A stretch of DNA of 64,000 nucleotides, from NCBI GenBank assembly GCA_001029795.1, contig CP011216.1:499580-563579 (forward strand). Direction: 5' to 3'. The position numbers and the translations under genes were made by a program. The notes beneath the pieces are model-generated. The model was given only the letters and a program-made list of their open reading frames with translations. It was not told where the DNA came from and searched no databases. This stretch comes from a candidate division Kazan bacterium GW2011_GWA1_50_15 (GTDB taxonomy: Bacteria; Patescibacteriota; Kazan-3B-28). Position 1 is the stretch's first letter. The number at the start of each line of letters is the position of its first letter. This document shows, in pieces, positions 49,289 to 58,567 of this stretch.

Positions 49289-50374
49289 ATGACTAAAATA
49301 CTAGCCATCGAGACATCTTGCGACGATACCAGCGTGGCTATTGTGGAGAACGGCCACAAAGTTTTGGTGAATCTGGTGGCGTCCCAAGAGAAATTGCACG
49401 CTACCTTTGGTGGGGTGGTCCCCGAGGTGGCTTCCAGAGAACATCTGAAGGCCATTTATCCCTTGATCGAGTTGGCTCTAAAGAGGGCCAAGCTGACACC
49501 CAAACAAATTGACGCCATCGCCGTGACGGTGGGTCCGGGGCTGCTTGGCTCGCTATTAGTAGGCGTCAATGCGGCTAAAACCTTGGGATATTTGTGGGGT
49601 AAGAGGGTGTTACCCGTGAATCATTTAATGGGGCATATCTATGCGGGGTTCATCGATCATCCCAAGTTAGAACTACCGCTGCTGGCGCTGGTAGTTAGTG
49701 GCGGACACAGCGAGCTGGTGCTGGTGGGGAGGCACGGTGAGTATAAATATTTGGGCGGGACGCGCGATGACGCGGCCGGCGAGGCCTTTGATAAAGTCGC
49801 GCGGTTGTTGCAATTAGGTTATCCCGGCGGACCCGCAGTAGCCGCGGAGGCGGCAAAAGCCAAATTACAAATTACAAATTACAAAAAGGGGAAAGGGATT
49901 AAATTGCCGAGGCCGATGCTGGATGAGGGCGATCTGGACTTTAGTTTTTCTGGCTTAAAGACAGCCGTCTCACGAGTGAAGGGAAGACCGGCCGATATCG
50001 CGCACGAGTTCCAGGATGCGGTCGTGGATGTGCTGACCGACAAGTTGGCGCGGGCGGCGAGTCGGCACCAAGCCAAAACTATCGTGCTGGGCGGCGGGGT
50101 AGCAGCCAACCAAGCTTTACGCGGCCGAGTGAGCGAGTTGGCTAAGGCGCGCGGCTGGCAGCTGGTCATCCCGGATTTTAAATATTGTACTGACAATGCG
50201 GCGATGATCGGCTCCGCTGGACACTTTCTTACTATGGGAGGAGGGAGAGCAGACCGCTTGGCTGAACAAAGTGAAGCTCGGCTTCGCCGACGGGCGTCGA
50301 GAGGGAAACTGGGTGTCCTCTCGAGACGAAGCAAAAAATACAAATGGTACAATACCAATGTAATGACTAGCTAG
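49289..50374 (+). CDS. tsaD: tRNA N6-threonylcarbamoyltransferase TsaD (two in-frame repeat-derived inserts)
   Basis: LAIETSCDDT, GGVVPEVASREH, HLMGH, VSGGHS, DDAAGEAFDK, FSFSGLKT, CTDNAAMI. Confidence 0.97.
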   Translation: MTKILAIETSCDDTSVAIVENGHKVLVNLVASQEKLHATFGGVVPEVASREHLKAIYPLIELALKRAKLTPKQIDAIAVTVGPGLLGSLLVGVNAAKTLGYLWGKRVLPVNHLMGHIYAGFIDHPKLELPLLALVVSGGHSELVLVGRHGEYKYLGGTRDDAAGEAFDKVARLLQLGYPGGPAVAAEAAKAKLQITNYKKGKGIKLPRPMLDEGDLDFSFSGLKTAVSRVKGRPADIAHEFQDAVVDVLTDKLARAASRHQAKTIVLGGGVAANQALRGRVSELAKARGWQLVIPDFKYCTDNAAMIGSAGHFLTMGGGRADRLAEQSEARLRRRASRGKLGVLSRRSKKYKWYNTNVMTS

Positions 50375-52513
50375 ATGGACAAGACATTTGACTTCAAAAA
50401 TCTAGAACCGAAACTCTATGACTTGTGGGAAAAGTCGGGGGGTTTTACGCCCAAGATGGTGGTCGGCCAGAAGCCGTACACCATCATCATGCCACCGCCT
50501 AATGCCAATGCCAGCCTGCACATTGGGCACGCACTCTTTGTGACGGTTGAGGATATTATGGTGCGGTATCATCGGATGAAGGGAGAGCCAACGCTGTGGC
50601 TACCCGGGGCGGACCATGCCGGTATCGCTACGCAGGTGTCATTTGAAAAAGAACTGACCAAGAGGGGTTTGACCCGCTTTGATTTGGGGCGGGAGGAGTT
50701 CGTGAAACAGACCTGCGCCTTCACGATGAAAAATCGGGCGACGATGGAAGACCAGCTGCGTCGGCTGGGGGCGAGCTGTGACTGGACCCGCAAAAAGTTC
50801 ACTCTCGACCCGGATGTAAGCGAGGCGGTCTTCACCACTTTTAAGAAAATGTATGACGAGGGGCTGATCTACCGCGGGGAGCGGATCATTAACTGGTGCC
50901 CGCGGTGTGCTACCTCACTCTCCGACCTGGAGGTGGAACACAAAGAAACTGAGGGGACGCTGACCTACATCAAATACCCATTGGTGGGCGGTCGCCGACC
51001 CAGAGGGTCATCTGACCCGGAGGGCAAGTTTATCGTGGTTGCCACTACCCGCCCGGAGACAATGTTGGGCGACACGGCGGTGGCGGTGAACCCGGCCGAT
51101 AAACGTTATGTCAAGTTGGTGGGTAAGAAAGTCGCATTACCGCTGACTGACCGCGAAATACCTGTCATCGTGGACGAGGCGGTGGATATGAGATTTGGCA
51201 CTGGCGCGGTGAAGGTGACCCCGGCTCACGACCCGACCGACTTTGAAATTGGCCAGCGACACAAACTGCCGAGCATCGTGGTGATCGGGCAGGATTTGAA
51301 GATGACGGAGGCCGCTGGCAAGTACACTGGGTTGAAGGTGAAGGCGGCGCGGGAGCAGGTGCTAGCCGATCTGCAGACGGCGGGGCTCATTGAAAAGACG
51401 GCCGCGCACTCGCATAATGTGGGTCACTGCCAGCGGTGCGACACGGCGGTAGAGCCGATGCTCTCCAAACAGTGGTTCGTGAAGATGGCGCCCTTGGCGG
51501 GACCCGCCAAGGCGGCGGTGAAGAGTGGCCAGATCAAGTTCATCCCCGAGCACTTCGAGAAGCTTTACTTTAACTGGATGGAGAATATCCGCGACTGGAA
51601 CATCAGCCGGCAGCTGTGGTGGGGACATCAGGTACCGGTCTATTACGCCAAAGACTACCCTGACAAGATGGCGGTAGCCGCGACTAAGGGCGAGGCCGAA
51701 AAAGCGCTGGGCGGCGAAGTGGCGCAGGACCCGGATACTCTGGATACTTGGTTCTCGTCCGGGCTATGGCCATTCACGACGCTGGGCTGGCCAAAGGTTA
51801 CAGATGACTTTAAATATTTTTACCCCACAACCATGATGGAAACGGGCTGGGACATTATCTTTTTCTGGGTAGCTCGGATGATCATGCTGGGACTATATTG
51901 TACCGGCCAAGCGCCGTTCGAGTTGGTCTATATGAACGGGCTGGTGCGCGATAAGGAAGGCAACAAGATATCCAAATCCAAGGGCAATGTCATCGACCCG
52001 ATGGTAATGGTGGACAAGTACGGCGCCGATGCTCTGCGGATGGGGCTGGTAGCGGGCACAGCGGCCGGGAACGATACGGCGATGTCGGAGGATAAGGTGC
52101 GGGCCTACCGCAACTTTGCCAACAAGATATGGAATGCGGCCCGGTTCATTAATTTGGAGGTGAGCGCGCCCAAGGATATCGGCGCGGTGGAGCTAACGAG
52201 CGAGGACAAGGCCTGGCTGAAGGAGTTTGATGCGGTGAGTGCGGAGGTGACTAAGTTGATGGATAAGTACCAGCTGGGTCAGGCGGCCGAGAAGCTCTAC
52301 GACTACTTCTGGCACACCTTCTGTGACAAATGTATTGAAGTAGCCAAACCGCGGTTGCAGGACATGGCCCAAAAAGACATCGCCGCGGCGGTCTTAAACT
52401 ACATTCTGAAAAACTGCCTCATTATGCTTCATCCCTTTGTGCCGTTTGTGACGGAAGCCGTCTGGAAAAATCTCTACGAGGGTGATTTGATTTCGACCAA
52501 GCGGTCGTCGTAG
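50375..52513 (+). CDS. valS: Valine--tRNA ligase (short form, no C-terminal coiled coil)
   Basis: PPPN..LHIGH, DHAGIATQ, ATTRPETM, DWNISRQLWWGH, LDTWFSS, KISKS, LHPFVPFVTE. Confidence 0.97.
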   Translation: MDKTFDFKNLEPKLYDLWEKSGGFTPKMVVGQKPYTIIMPPPNANASLHIGHALFVTVEDIMVRYHRMKGEPTLWLPGADHAGIATQVSFEKELTKRGLTRFDLGREEFVKQTCAFTMKNRATMEDQLRRLGASCDWTRKKFTLDPDVSEAVFTTFKKMYDEGLIYRGERIINWCPRCATSLSDLEVEHKETEGTLTYIKYPLVGGRRPRGSSDPEGKFIVVATTRPETMLGDTAVAVNPADKRYVKLVGKKVALPLTDREIPVIVDEAVDMRFGTGAVKVTPAHDPTDFEIGQRHKLPSIVVIGQDLKMTEAAGKYTGLKVKAAREQVLADLQTAGLIEKTAAHSHNVGHCQRCDTAVEPMLSKQWFVKMAPLAGPAKAAVKSGQIKFIPEHFEKLYFNWMENIRDWNISRQLWWGHQVPVYYAKDYPDKMAVAATKGEAEKALGGEVAQDPDTLDTWFSSGLWPFTTLGWPKVTDDFKYFYPTTMMETGWDIIFFWVARMIMLGLYCTGQAPFELVYMNGLVRDKEGNKISKSKGNVIDPMVMVDKYGADALRMGLVAGTAAGNDTAMSEDKVRAYRNFANKIWNAARFINLEVSAPKDIGAVELTSEDKAWLKEFDAVSAEVTKLMDKYQLGQAAEKLYDYFWHTFCDKCIEVAKPRLQDMAQKDIAAAVLNYILKNCLIMLHPFVPFVTEAVWKNLYEGDLISTKRSS

Positions 52514-52515
52514 CC

Positions 52516-52718
52516 GAGCGCGAAACGGCGCTCGACCCGTTGCCACTTTTGTCTTGCCAAAAGTGGCCAAAAGCGTGGCCCGGTAGCTCCGGGCTTATTC
52601 GTTGGTAAAATTATCTTTCCGCTTACAGCCAAACTCCCCCTCGGCTACGCTCGGGGTCAAACAGTGGCTCCGCGGCGATAATTTTACTCAACTCAGAACA
52701 ACCCTCCGCTAATGGGCC
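52516..52718. repeat. Structured element family B, copy 2
   Basis: Same stem order and loop sequences as 45382-45579. Confidence 0.8.
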
Positions 52719-52727
52719 GGTGAAGGC

Positions 52728-53459
52728 CTATCCACCATACCCAGGGAGAATGGAGGGCAAATTGTAAGTTGTGCCGGCCGGGTTGCCGCCAGTTGCTTGG
52801 CTGACGTACTGGGGGCGGGCGACTTTGACGACTCCGCCGGACGGGAACTCCATTAAAACCCAAGTTTTGGTCTCGGCGACTATTTCGGCGTTGTAGTTGG
52901 TTTGGTAGTTGACGATGGCACCGGCGTCTTGAACGGGGGCATAGGCCAGCCGGTCCTGGAGCCAGGCCGTTTCATCGCCGGTTTTGGTATTGAAACTGCG
53001 GATAGTATCACCGGGGAAAATCACTAAGACATTGGCGCCTTTTTGATACCAAGCTCGGCCGCCGTCTTGGTAGGCGTAAGCGAGGTCGCTGCCCTCGGGC
53101 GGCAACACCCCCGCCAAAGCGGATGGCTGGTAGGTGCTTGTCCCAGGCTGGTCGCTTAAAAAGTAGTTGCCAGAGTTGGCGGTCGGGGATGCGGCTGGAC
53201 GATAAACCAGACCAATGATACCTTGGGTATCCTGGCTAATTTCGGCTGGGTTGCTCGGCAGGTTAATACCCACAAAGCCGGGAGTTGGGTTGGGACCACC
53301 GAGCGCGTCCGCGGGCATACTCTGCAGGATTGAGCTGAGCCAGCTATTCGATTCTGACCGCGCCGGTTCTGGCTGGGAGCTTTTAACCATCGGTAAAACT
53401 TCGGCAAAGACTAGGCCGAGCAGAATAAAGAGAGCGAAAAGGTTACGAAGTTTAGTCAT
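52728..53459 (-). CDS. Exported hypothetical protein (P/G/S/N-rich)
   Basis: Signal-like N-terminus; own TATAAT upstream. Confidence 0.65.
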   Translation of the reverse strand: MTKLRNLFALFILLGLVFAEVLPMVKSSQPEPARSESNSWLSSILQSMPADALGGPNPTPGFVGINLPSNPAEISQDTQGIIGLVYRPAASPTANSGNYFLSDQPGTSTYQPSALAGVLPPEGSDLAYAYQDGGRAWYQKGANVLVIFPGDTIRSFNTKTGDETAWLQDRLAYAPVQDAGAIVNYQTNYNAEIVAETKTWVLMEFPSGGVVKVARPQYVSQATGGNPAGTTYNLPSILPGYGG

Positions 53460-53515
53460 AAAACAAGCGGATGGGACCGCTTCCTTTTCACCTGTTCTTA
53501 TTATACCGCACTAGG

Positions 53516-55156
53516 TCATTCGGCGATAACCCGCCAAAGCTCTTCTAGGGTGGTAATGCCGGCTAGGACCTTGGCAACTCCGTCTTGGGCGAGGGTGGTC
53601 ATCCCTTGGCTTTGGGCAAGAGCCTGAATTTCGTGCGCGGGGGCACTGCTCATGATCTTGACCTTAATCTCAGGGGTGATCTCAAGTAGTTCAAATATGC
53701 CGACGCGGCCCTGATAACCAGTACCGTTGCATTTATCACAAGCCTTGGCGATTGGGAGGGTAGCGGGGATCTGAGCATCGGGCAAGATAGACTTGATCTT
53801 GGCTTGAGCCGCCTCGTCCGGCGCGGCCGAAGCCTTGCAGTTAGGACAGACCTTGCGGACCAATCGTTGAGCGATGATAAGTCTCAACGCATCGGAAAAC
53901 AACTGGGGCTTGGCCCCTAGGTCAATAAGCCGAGGTACGGCGCCAGCTGCATCGTTGGTGTGCAGGGTGGATAACACTAGGTGCCCCGTAAGGGAAGCAT
54001 TCACAGCGATATCGGCGGTCTCGCTGTCACGAATCTCTCCGACTAGGATGACGTCCGGATCTTGGCGGACGATCGCTCGCAGGGCGTTGGCAAAATCGTA
54101 GTGTTCTTCTGGGTTGACCTGAGTTTGAGTCACTCCTTGTAGACGGTACTCGATCGGGTCTTCGACGGTGATGATCTTGGTGGTAGGCGAGTTGATAGTG
54201 TTCAAGACGGCGTAGAGAGTAGTGGTCTTACCAGAGCCAGTGGGGCCGGTGTTGAGAATAAGCCCATTTGGTTCGTGGATCGATCGATCGATCACTTGAC
54301 GGTCGTGAGAACTCAGCCCTAACTCATCTAGACTTACGAATTTGCCTTCCTGGGGGAGCAGGCGCATGACGATCGACTCGCCGTATTGGGTGGGCAGGAT
54401 CGAAACTCGGATATCATACCGGCTCGCGCCAGCAGTAATCGAAAACCGACCGTCCTGCGAACTCTCGGTGATGTTGAGTTTCAGCGCCGCCATCAGCTTG
54501 ATGCGGTCCACTACTGCTCCTTGAGCTGAGGTGGGCAAAGTAGCAATATCCTGCAGCACTCCATCTAACCGATAACGAAGCCGTAAGTCGGTTTGGGTGG
54601 GCTCAATGTGGATGTCGGAAGCCTTCAAACCAGTGGCCCCGGCCAAAATAGTGGTGAGTAGCTCGCTAGTGGAGGTGCTAGTGAGTTTAGCTTGAAATTC
54701 TGTCAGATCATTAAGCTTGGGGATGGTCTGCGGTCCAGAAGTGTCGATAGTGATCTCGTGGGAGTGATCGGCTGCTGGGGCGAAGGTGTCGTATACTCCC
54801 AAGAGATAGCGCATAGATGACTCGGATACCAAAACGGGGTGGAACTGATACTCATCCATAGCCGCCAGGTGCTTTAAAGCAGTGACGGTTGCGGGGTTAT
54901 TGGGATCACTCAGGGCTAGTAAGATCTTGGTCCCAGCTTTCTCAAAAGCGAAGACATGACCAGACTGAACCATATCTCTAGGGACGAGGGCGACTGCGGC
55001 TGGATCGGGTTGGAAGCCAGCTAGATTACGATATTCAAGACCCAATTTATCAGCCTGAATTTTGGTCAGTTCTTCTTCTTTGGCGCGGTGGAGATTTTTA
55101 ACCGCCTGTTCCAACGGGGCTTTGTCGCCATCTGGTTTTGGGGTTGAGTTAACCAT
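53516..55156 (-). CDS. pilB: PilB/GspE-family assembly ATPase
   Basis: ASDIHIEP, QDGRF, TGPTGSGKTTT, EDPIEY, RQDPDVILVGEIRD, TGHLVLSTLHTN, CPNC...CDKC. Confidence 0.92.
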   Translation of the reverse strand: MVNSTPKPDGDKAPLEQAVKNLHRAKEEELTKIQADKLGLEYRNLAGFQPDPAAVALVPRDMVQSGHVFAFEKAGTKILLALSDPNNPATVTALKHLAAMDEYQFHPVLVSESSMRYLLGVYDTFAPAADHSHEITIDTSGPQTIPKLNDLTEFQAKLTSTSTSELLTTILAGATGLKASDIHIEPTQTDLRLRYRLDGVLQDIATLPTSAQGAVVDRIKLMAALKLNITESSQDGRFSITAGASRYDIRVSILPTQYGESIVMRLLPQEGKFVSLDELGLSSHDRQVIDRSIHEPNGLILNTGPTGSGKTTTLYAVLNTINSPTTKIITVEDPIEYRLQGVTQTQVNPEEHYDFANALRAIVRQDPDVILVGEIRDSETADIAVNASLTGHLVLSTLHTNDAAGAVPRLIDLGAKPQLFSDALRLIIAQRLVRKVCPNCKASAAPDEAAQAKIKSILPDAQIPATLPIAKACDKCNGTGYQGRVGIFELLEITPEIKVKIMSSAPAHEIQALAQSQGMTTLAQDGVAKVLAGITTLEELWRVIAE

Positions 55157-55158
55157 AT

Positions 55159-56082
55159 TTATTGAGTAACCAGCGGATGGGCCACTACTATCGCTTTATC
55201 GGTGGTGCCTTCGAGAGGGAAGTGTTCTAGCCTGACGCGAGCAATGTTTTCCCATAAGCCCACCTCTTCCACTGTAGCAGAAACCCCAAAGGTCAGAGTG
55301 ACAACCGGGTTACTAGAGTAGACGTCAATTCGGTAATCGCCCATCCAGCCAGCGATCCTCTGGGGCTGGCCGCTTTGCCCATAGATGATATAGTAGCTGC
55401 CCTGAACGGGTTTCAGCCCGTTCGGGAAGAGATCATCCACGATAAATGTAGCCAGTTTGGCTGGCAGAGAACCAAAGTCAGCGCCAGGCGGGAGGATGAC
55501 CCCTACACTAACATCGACCTTGAAGTCGACTTGCGTCTGGTGGTCGGCGTAGGCTTCGACCGAATGGACATAACTGCCGTCTGGAGCCAATCTAACCTGT
55601 TTGGTGAGGCCATAAACGTATTTGAGGCCCTCGGGTTTTTCTTCGGTCGGGATGGCAGGGGTGAGGATACCGCCGCTATTGGGGTCGGTCGGATCAGTGC
55701 CGAGAATCACCTCTATACCGTCAGCTACCCCGTCGCCGTCAGTGTCTGGGTTAGTGGGGTCGGTGCCGGTATCCTCCGGGTTAGTGGGGTCGAATACACC
55801 GGTACCCGTCTCGGTGCTGTTGGGAAGCCCGTCGTTGTCATGGTCACCTGGGCCAGTAACTTTAGGGCTAATAAAGTCAGTCGTCTCGCCTGGGATATCG
55901 GGGATATCGTGGGCGGGGTTGTTAAGTTCGGCGTCCCGCTCCGCCAAGGTGCGAGTACCCCAACGCTCTTCGATACCGGAGGTCTCTCTAATAAAAGTAG
56001 CCCCGGCCGAGGCAATGATAAGAATGCCGACAGCGGCGGCACCCACAGTAATGGCCAAACCAGTCCCGGCCCCAATACGCAT
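55159..56082 (-). CDS. Membrane-anchored surface protein with Ca-binding DxDxDG (bacterial TSP3-like) repeats and a beta-rich C-terminal domain
   Basis: N-terminal TM; DHDNDGLPNSTE, GTDPTNPDTDGDGVADGIE..GTDPTDP. Confidence 0.7.
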   Translation of the reverse strand: MRIGAGTGLAITVGAAAVGILIIASAGATFIRETSGIEERWGTRTLAERDAELNNPAHDIPDIPGETTDFISPKVTGPGDHDNDGLPNSTETGTGVFDPTNPEDTGTDPTNPDTDGDGVADGIEVILGTDPTDPNSGGILTPAIPTEEKPEGLKYVYGLTKQVRLAPDGSYVHSVEAYADHQTQVDFKVDVSVGVILPPGADFGSLPAKLATFIVDDLFPNGLKPVQGSYYIIYGQSGQPQRIAGWMGDYRIDVYSSNPVVTLTFGVSATVEEVGLWENIARVRLEHFPLEGTTDKAIVVAHPLVTQ

Positions 56083-56085
56083 GAC

Positions 56086-57876
56086 TTAGCCTCCTGTTAG
56101 ATTACGCAGTTCAGCGAGCTGGGCTGGGTCAGAGGTCACGATCTTGTCTTCCACGTAGCTAGCAACTACCTTGATAGCGGCATGGCTGGTGCCGGCAAAA
56201 AATAGACCCTCCCCAACCTCGGCTTCTAGGAGCAGGAACTTCTCGCCTTGGGTCAGGTTGAAGGTTTCAGTGACCACATCAATGGAGGCTGGTGACTGGC
56301 GGAAGAGAAGCTGTAGGGAAGAGTTGGCCACCACAGCTTTACCGTACTTGGAACCGAGAAAGTCCTCGACATCCTGGGTGATGGTGGTGAGACCCAGGTA
56401 ATACTTACGGGCCCGCTTGGCGATCGAGTACAGAAATTTGGCGGAGTCCTCGTACTGCATCAAGATCCAGGCCTCGTCGATTACAAGGATCCGCTTCTTT
56501 ACATCGAAACGGATCTTGTTCCAAATGTAGTTGAGAACGATGTACATAGCGATGGGGCGCAGAACGTCTTCCAGGTCGCGGATGTTAAAGACCATAAGGC
56601 CAGTGTCTAATTCAAAGTTGGTGGGCTGGTTGAAAATACCGGCGAAGGTCCCCCGGGTGTATTTGCTAAGCCGCTGTGATAGGCTCTCGGCGCCCTGCAT
56701 ATTGTCCAAGACATTTTGCAGATCCTCCATGGTCGGCATGGGGTTGGCGTGGGTTTTAACGTCATCGGTGATATCTTTGAGAGCGTAAGTTTCGCGGATG
56801 GCTTTATCCATCAATGCGTCCTCTTCGGGAGTCAAAGTCCCCACGAGCAGGTTCATCAGCCCCAAGAGTGTAACAATGGCTGAGCGCAAAACCTTTTCGC
56901 CCTCGGCGTTGGGTCCCAATTTCGGTAGATCAAATGGGTTAATCCGCTTGTCGCTATTAAGGGAGATAGAGATGTAGCTGCCGCCGGCGGCCTTGGCCAG
57001 CGCTTCATACTCGTTTTCCGGGTCGATGACGATGGCGTCAACTCCGAACATGGCGCTGCGCAGGATCTCTAGTTTGACGGCGTAGGATTTACCACCTCCA
57101 GACTTGGAGAAGACGGCCATATTGGCGTTTTCTAGGTCAAAGCGGTCAAATAGGATGAGCGAGTTGTTGTGACGGTTGATGCCGTACAAGACACCCTTGC
57201 CGGTGGTGAGGTCCACCGAGGTGAAGGGGAAGGTGGTAGCTAAGCTTGAGGTGGTCATGTTGCGGACGATGTCCAGTTCGTCCAGCCCCAGCGGCAGCGC
57301 CGAATTGAAGCCCTGCTCCATCTGTAGGAGCGCATGTTTAGTGTAGACCAACTGCCCACCGAGCGTGGTTTCGATGTGCTGGGTGATGGACTCCAGCTCC
57401 TGCTCAGTCTTAGCGTAGATAGTAAAATAGAGAGCGTAGTGAAAGAACTTTTCGATACCGCGCTGCAGGCGGTCGCGGAGCTCCTCAGCATCTTGGTAAG
57501 ATATCTCCAGCTCAGGGTCGCGGATGGCTCCTTTTTCTTGATTGATACGCAAACTTGCCTCCATCTCGGTTACCTTGCGGCGCAAAGTTTTCATAATGGC
57601 GGAGCTGTCTACAGGCATGATATGCATGGAGATGTCTAAATTGACATCGTAGTTGATGACTGGAGACAGCCAGTTGGTCTCGATGTATTGCGGGTAGGTC
57701 AGGACGAACAGCGACCGAACAAAACGGCCGTTGAGCATAAGATGATCGTTGCTGATCTCCAAAGCGGCGGGGGCGACTAGGTCGCGGACGGAGACTAGGC
57801 CGGCCTCGAACTGTTCCACGGCTTTGCGAGCCGAGGCTTCATCAGAGTTAACTGATTTTCTTTTAAACCAGGCCAT
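56086..57876 (-). CDS. VirB4/TraC-like ATPase
   Basis: YGINRHN, NANMAVFSKSGGGKS, IDPENEY, INPFD, LVIDEAW, ARKY...TQ, GEGL. Confidence 0.9.
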   Translation of the reverse strand: MAWFKRKSVNSDEASARKAVEQFEAGLVSVRDLVAPAALEISNDHLMLNGRFVRSLFVLTYPQYIETNWLSPVINYDVNLDISMHIMPVDSSAIMKTLRRKVTEMEASLRINQEKGAIRDPELEISYQDAEELRDRLQRGIEKFFHYALYFTIYAKTEQELESITQHIETTLGGQLVYTKHALLQMEQGFNSALPLGLDELDIVRNMTTSSLATTFPFTSVDLTTGKGVLYGINRHNNSLILFDRFDLENANMAVFSKSGGGKSYAVKLEILRSAMFGVDAIVIDPENEYEALAKAAGGSYISISLNSDKRINPFDLPKLGPNAEGEKVLRSAIVTLLGLMNLLVGTLTPEEDALMDKAIRETYALKDITDDVKTHANPMPTMEDLQNVLDNMQGAESLSQRLSKYTRGTFAGIFNQPTNFELDTGLMVFNIRDLEDVLRPIAMYIVLNYIWNKIRFDVKKRILVIDEAWILMQYEDSAKFLYSIAKRARKYYLGLTTITQDVEDFLGSKYGKAVVANSSLQLLFRQSPASIDVVTETFNLTQGEKFLLLEAEVGEGLFFAGTSHAAIKVVASYVEDKIVTSDPAQLAELRNLTGG

Positions 57877-57878
57877 AA

Positions 57879-58565
57879 TTATTGCCCCTGTTGGGCTTCT
57901 TTAATATTCTGGATAACTGATGCGTCTACGTTGCTGACCGAAAAAAGTTTCTGCCGGCGAGCAGTGTCGGGGTTGTAGGTTGAATAGAACAATTCGATCA
58001 GTTCCTGGGTGTTGAGCTGAACATTATGCAAGCCCAACCCGGCTAGGCCGGATGAAACTAAACTGGTCCGCTCTAGTAACTTGGTTTTGATCTCCGCGAA
58101 TCGGCCCCCAGTGGTGATCGGGCCGGACTTCTTGCCGAACAGTTTGCCCAAGAACCCGCCGGAGGGAGCCTCGAACCCAGTGTCATAAGGGATCACGATA
58201 TAAAAAGTTTTGCTCATAATGTTGGCCACGCCGATCAGCTCGCGGACAAAGCCGGTGTATTCGGCGGTCTGAGTGCGCAAGAGTTCATTGGTCTGTTCCC
58301 TGGCCAAGGTATCAAGCTGGGCCAGATATTTATCTAGATCGAGGGTGCGGGACTGTACGACGATCTGGATGGGGAATCCCAAACCGTTCAGGAATTCCTG
58401 GTACTGCCCCAAAAGTGCTTCCTGTTCATCGCGAGATTTAAGATTAAAGTTAATTGCGTTGGCCATCAGGACGGTGCGAAAACCGCCGGTCTTTAAGACA
58501 ACGATCCCATCACGGACTTCTTTGATGGGTAGGAACTTTTGTGTACTGTTGGACTTTTTGGCCAT
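57879..58565 (-). CDS. VirB4-associated T4SS-like protein (resembles the N-terminal half of TraC/VirB4)
   Basis: STQKFLPIKEVRDG, INFNLKSRDEQ, FLNGL.FPIQI, FYIVIPY, ELIELFYSTYNP; lies between prgI and virB4. Confidence 0.7.
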   Translation of the reverse strand: MAKKSNSTQKFLPIKEVRDGIVVLKTGGFRTVLMANAINFNLKSRDEQEALLGQYQEFLNGLGFPIQIVVQSRTLDLDKYLAQLDTLAREQTNELLRTQTAEYTGFVRELIGVANIMSKTFYIVIPYDTGFEAPSGGFLGKLFGKKSGPITTGGRFAEIKTKLLERTSLVSSGLAGLGLHNVQLNTQELIELFYSTYNPDTARRQKLFSVSNVDASVIQNIKEAQQGQ

Positions 58566-58567
58566 GG

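Noticed and set aside
55680-55790. Direct repeats GGGTTAGTGGGGTCG in the surface protein gene
   Set aside because: These are coding repeats of the DPTNP/TSP3-like motif.
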